From Prorocentrum cordatum (taxonomy: Eukaryota): DNA of 55,357 nucleotides. The translations under genes were made by a program, and so were the position numbers. Shown here piece after piece: positions 51,109-55,357 of the stretch; within the stretch, counting starts at the first letter, position 1, and the number at the start of each line of letters is the position of its first letter. Below the pieces are notes generated by a model. It was given only the letters and a program-made list of their open reading frames with translations, was not told the DNA's origin and did no database searches. The stretch covers positions 62,001-117,357 of the forward strand of contig CAUYUJ010000165.1 in assembly GCA_963575745.1 (NCBI GenBank). The letters are read 5' to 3'.

Positions 51109-51318
51109 GCGGACGACACCCGTGCGCCTCCCCCACTTCGGCTCTGTCTCGTGCCCTCAGTCCGCCCTCGGCCCGAGACGCGCCATGTTGATCTCTAACA
51201 CAGATGTGTGGGGGGTGTGGGTGCCGTTGCTGCCTGAAACTTCTTTGAAGCCGACATGACAGCTGGAGGAGGAGGAGGAGGAGGAGGAGGAACTCTTCCG
51301 CGTAGTCGGCTTGAGGGG

Positions 51319-51367
<49 letters not shown>

Positions 51368-51612
51368 GCGGCGTCGTCTAGGGCGTCCCGGTGGGCGTCA
51401 GCCCCGGCGTCGGCGGGGTGGTCAGGCGGGAGGTGCGGAGGGGCAGCGGAGGGCGGGGGGCCGTCCTCCGTGGTCCAGGGACGGGCTCGTCCTCCCGAGT
51501 TCGGCCTCGGGGCATCCTGCCCTACAGTGCGAGAGAGAGAGAGAGACGGCCGGGAGCGATGGAGGGAGGAAGGAAGGAGGAGACGAGAGGACGAAGGAGG
51601 AAGGAACGACTG

Positions 51613-51644
<32 letters not shown>

Positions 51645-53486
51645 GGGAAAGAGAGGAGGGTAGAGGGAGGAGAGGGAACCGGGCAAGAAGGAGGAGGGAG
51701 AAAAGAGGAAAAGGCAAAGAGGAGGAAATAAGGATACGGAAATGAGGACTAGGAAAAAGGGAAGAGCGAGAAGGGAAGATGGAACGAGGGGGAGATGGGA
51801 GGGAGTAAGGAGGAGGAGGAGGAGGAGCAGGATATCGATTCTGCCTCGAGAAGAGCTAGCTAGCTGCGACAGGCGCACGCGCAACTGCACTGGCACGCGG
51901 ACTCGTCGATGAGGCTACTGCGCATCATGGCGATAGGACACGACAGGTACCTGCCATGACGGCGTGCGCTATGGCTTCTGTCACCAGATGCCCGATTCAA
52001 GCTTGCACATTCCCCGCTGAGTCTCAAGAGACTATGGGGGGTCTTCAATCTTGAACGCCAGCCAGCGCCTGCGCTGCCACCACGCCGAGACGGCACAAGC
52101 CTATCGTACGGGAGACCGGCAAGCAAGGACGGCGAACCGTTCTGGGCCTCTGGAACCTCGCTGGCTGCGGCTGGTGGGCGAAGACGAAGCAACAAACTCG
52201 TCCACGGAGTGGCCCTCGGAAGCAGAAGCGCTCCCCTCCCCTGTCCTTACCGGCCTCCCGGTATATCATCCTTGACCGAGCCCCCTGAGCCTCCGGTGAA
52301 GATCTGTGCTTCAGGGCCTCCGGGCTCCGACCGGTGGGAGGGCGCCGGCCATCCACCACGCGCCGACGCTAACCGAGCTGCCGGGCCTGGCCCGAGAGTC
52401 GCACGCAGACGCCGACCCGGGGGCCCCGGCATGGCCCTGGCCAAGCTCGGGGTTGGCGGATGCGTGGCACAGCTGGTTCTTGAATTCTTGTATTCCAAAA
52501 GCAAGGCTTTGGAATTCAGAGACCCCGTTCGAACACCAAGCCCCAGGATGGTCCTGGCCAAGTTCGGGGTTGGTGGATACTTGGCACAGTTGGCGGATGC
52601 TCGGCGTCCACCGAGAACCGAGCCTCCTGAGAAGCGCGGCCCAGAGGCAGGCCGACTGGGATAACACACAGTCTGCCAGGCCAGAGGAGGGCACGAGCCG
52701 GGCACGCCCGCGGCGCACGGCGTCGACGCGTCCCTCTCCCCCCTCCGCCGCGCGCTCCTCCGCCACCTCCCCTCCCACGGCGGCGGCCCCCACCATGACC
52801 CCATCCTCCCGAAGAGAGTCCTCCGAGGGTCGATCCCCAGGCCCTCCTCCCTGATTCGGCGCTGCCCCCTCTGGACGAGAGGGTGCCCGAAGGCCGACGG
52901 ACGAGGGGGAGGGGGAGGGGGAGGAGGAGGAGGAGGAGGAGAAGGAGGAGGAGGAGGAGGAGGAGGAGGAGGAGGAGGAGGAGGAGGTGGAGGAGGAGGA
53001 GGAGGAGGAGGAGGAGGAGCAGCGGGATGCCTCGGGAGGTCTCTGGAGGCCATGCCCCCCTGGCGCCCAGAGGCCCCCGAGGCCTCTGCGGGCTGCAGAG
53101 ACGGCGGCATGCCAAGAGCGAGTCTTCCTCCCTGACGGCGACGGCGGCCTCTCCGCAGCGAGGGAGCCCCTCGACGATCCGGGGAGGCGAGGCCCTCGGC
53201 GGTCCGTCTTGTGCAGCGGCTCTGGACTCAGGCTGACACTCCTGCTGAAAGTGAGCTGGCCTTCACACCCTGTCACAGCTCAGCGAGTCAGCAGCATGTC
53301 TTCCTCCTTCTGGCGGCGGCGACTCCAGAGGCCTCCAGGGAGGGGTGCCCGCCTGCCCCGGGAGGCCCGCGGGGTCCCAGAAACAGAACGGCCATGCCAA
53401 CAGAAACCCCACACGGAAGGACGACTGCGAGACTGCGACCACGACCAGCACCATGGCGCGAGTGGCCCTGGCCCCCCAGCGAGAGA

Positions 53487-53498
53487 CGACGACAATTA

Positions 53499-53577
<79 letters not shown>

Positions 53578-53640
53578 CACGACCACGACCACCACGACGA
53601 CCACGACGACCACGGCCACGGCCACGACCCTCGCCACGAC
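53487..53640. repeat. (GAC)n microsatellite
   Basis: Direct inspection. Confidence 0.95.
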
Positions 53641-55132
53641 GAAGGCCCACTGGCCTCTCCCCATCCCTGGCGAGCGCAAGAGCGGGCGTGGAGGGACGAA
53701 CGAACGAACTCTGCTATCGCCCAGCGTCCATGCAAGGGAGGCAGGCGCGACTGCAGCACTCCGGCCCTCTGCAGGAGGCCACTGACAGCGGAGCCGTGGC
53801 GAGCTCGCAGTGGAAGATGGCACGTTCACGCGGAGCGCACGGTCAGCGCCAAGCGTGCTGAATGACGTGCCGCTCGCTAATAAGCGAGAGGAAACTACAA
53901 AAAACAAGTTCGCGTGAGGCCGCGGCCGAGTGTGCGGCCAGCCGACTGCGCCCCTCCGGAGCGCCGCGGCGGTCGCTGTCGTTGTCGCAGTCGTCGCCGT
54001 CGGCGGCGTCGGAGGTAACAGCGGACCGTGAGGGGGGATCTACCTGTTCCGATGATCATCAGAACGTGTGTTAGCGGCGCCAGCGGGCTGCGTGCTACCG
54101 ACCGAGTTGAACGGGGTACAAACTCATTTGGACAACGGCCGTCCTAGGGATCATCGCCTCCTGGGGGTCCCAAGAGATCATCGTCACCCCGAGTCCCCCC
54201 CACTGGCTCACCGCACGGTGTGGACACCGCAACTTCTGGGGGCCCCCGGATCTCTGGCGACTCGGCCACACTGCGCCAAGAACAGCTCTCAGAGGCCGCA
54301 AGCCTTGAAACGGCGTGTTTGATTCTTTCACGACGCTTGGATCGAAAGAGGACGAGAGAGGAGGGAATGAGGAGGAGAAGAGAAAGGAGGCCAGCGCAGC
54401 CCATGTGCGCGTGGCTCAGACCGCGCCCTGCAGGGTGTTGGCCTCGGGAGGAAGCCCCCTCCCAATCTGGCAAGACCCAAAAGCCTGATCCACCCTCCTC
54501 CACCCTCCAACCTCCGACGTCCTCTCTTGCGCTCCGCCTCCTCCCCTCCCCCTTGGCCTCCTCCCCCTCGAGGATCGCAGGTCGTGAGCCTCTGTCTGCC
54601 CCTGCCTGAGAGGTCAGGAGCTCGGATGCCTCCAGGAACCTCCGAAGGTCAACCAGAGTGTTGGAGCGATGGGTGGCCATGCGCGAGCAGCGTGCCAGCA
54701 TCCACGGCATTAACAATGTTTGCCTGACCTACGGGCTTCCGCTCTAGCCGCCTGAGCCTGCTGCAGTGATGGGGCGGAGTGACTGGCATGGAGTCTGGGG
54801 GCGGCGGGTTTACGCGGACGGGTCCACGTCAGCGTCGGCGCTCCCAGGTCTTACTATTGGCTCGGGAGACTGTTCTCATAACTCTGGTCCACGGGCCAAC
54901 GCGCCAGTTTGCCGGTCACACGTTGGTGAGGTCAAGGAGATCTGGGCTTGCACCACAAGGCTTGCAACACATACAGCTTACACCACATGGCTTGCACTGC
55001 GCAGCTTACACCGCGTGGGTTGCACCACATCGCTTTTTTGTCATCAGGCAACGACCACACCTGAGAAGGATACGTCGGGAACCGATGCTGGAATTCCGTG
55101 CCGCTGCTGCCACAGGGGCGGAGGACGACGAG

Positions 55133-55357
55133 GGAACGGGGGAGCAGAGGAGGAAGACGGAGCCGAGGGAGAAAGCGGCGACGACCCCAGAGCCTTAGGG
55201 ACGACAGCGCGCGAGGCAGGGACACGCCCACGGCTCGCAGCACGCAGCTCCCACCGCGCAGTTGCCCCCCCCGGAACGGGGGAGCAGAGGAGGAAGACGG
55301 AGCCGAGGGGGAAAGCGGCGACGGCCCCAGAGCCTTAGGGACGACAGCGCGCGAGGC
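55133..55357. repeat. Start of a 140-bp-period tandem repeat running off the window
   Basis: GGAACGGGGGAGCAGAGGAGGAAGACGGAGCCGAGGG...GCGCGAGGC at 55133 and 55273. Confidence 0.85.

Larger units (their letters stand above)
45889..51267 (-). mobile_element. Decayed non-LTR retrotransposon (LINE-B): no upstream ORF1, APE-RT-zinc fingers, extra 3' ORF, (TTGC)4 tail
   Basis: Degenerate SL-like 25-mer at 51243-51267; ORFs below; (GCAA)4 at 45889-45906 abuts (GAG)n 45600-45888; (GAG)n 51265-51291 at the other end. Confidence 0.8.

Noticed and set aside
52882..52902. TCCGTCGGCCTTCGGGCAC following (CCT)n on the minus strand; TCCGT also follows CCT tracts near 23860 and 33861
   Set aside because: Only the first 5 nt match SL and TCC is supplied by the repeat, so not distinguishable from chance
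54068..55100. Possible retroelement coding remnant
   Set aside because: No recognisable motif in any frame

Overview
GC-rich, repeat-dominated eukaryotic genomic DNA with one 100-N assembly gap. A perfect dinoflagellate spliced leader (DinoSL) marks it as a core dinoflagellate; a Prorocentrum-like host is inferred from GC content and repeat style. The only clear host genes are two intronless, tandem copies of 40S ribosomal protein S3a (minus strand), each preceded by a relic SL, i.e. a duplicated retrogene. Two decayed non-LTR retrotransposons (APE endonuclease + RT) of different types lie at about 34.1-40.2 kb and 45.9-51.3 kb. Both begin with an SL (perfect in the first, degenerate in the second) that follows a (CCT)n tract, and both end in another (CCT)n tract. 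The second has an extra ORF 3' of the RT. The rest is a 152-bp satellite, an 88-bp minisatellite, several MITE-like and Helentron-like non-autonomous elements, a Copia-like LTR remnant, a transposase-like remnant and many microsatellites. The best candidate for an undescribed system is SL-capped LINEs associated with (CCT)n tracts, together with evidence that these tracts are inserted de novo. All alignments were done by eye, so most element boundaries are approximate.
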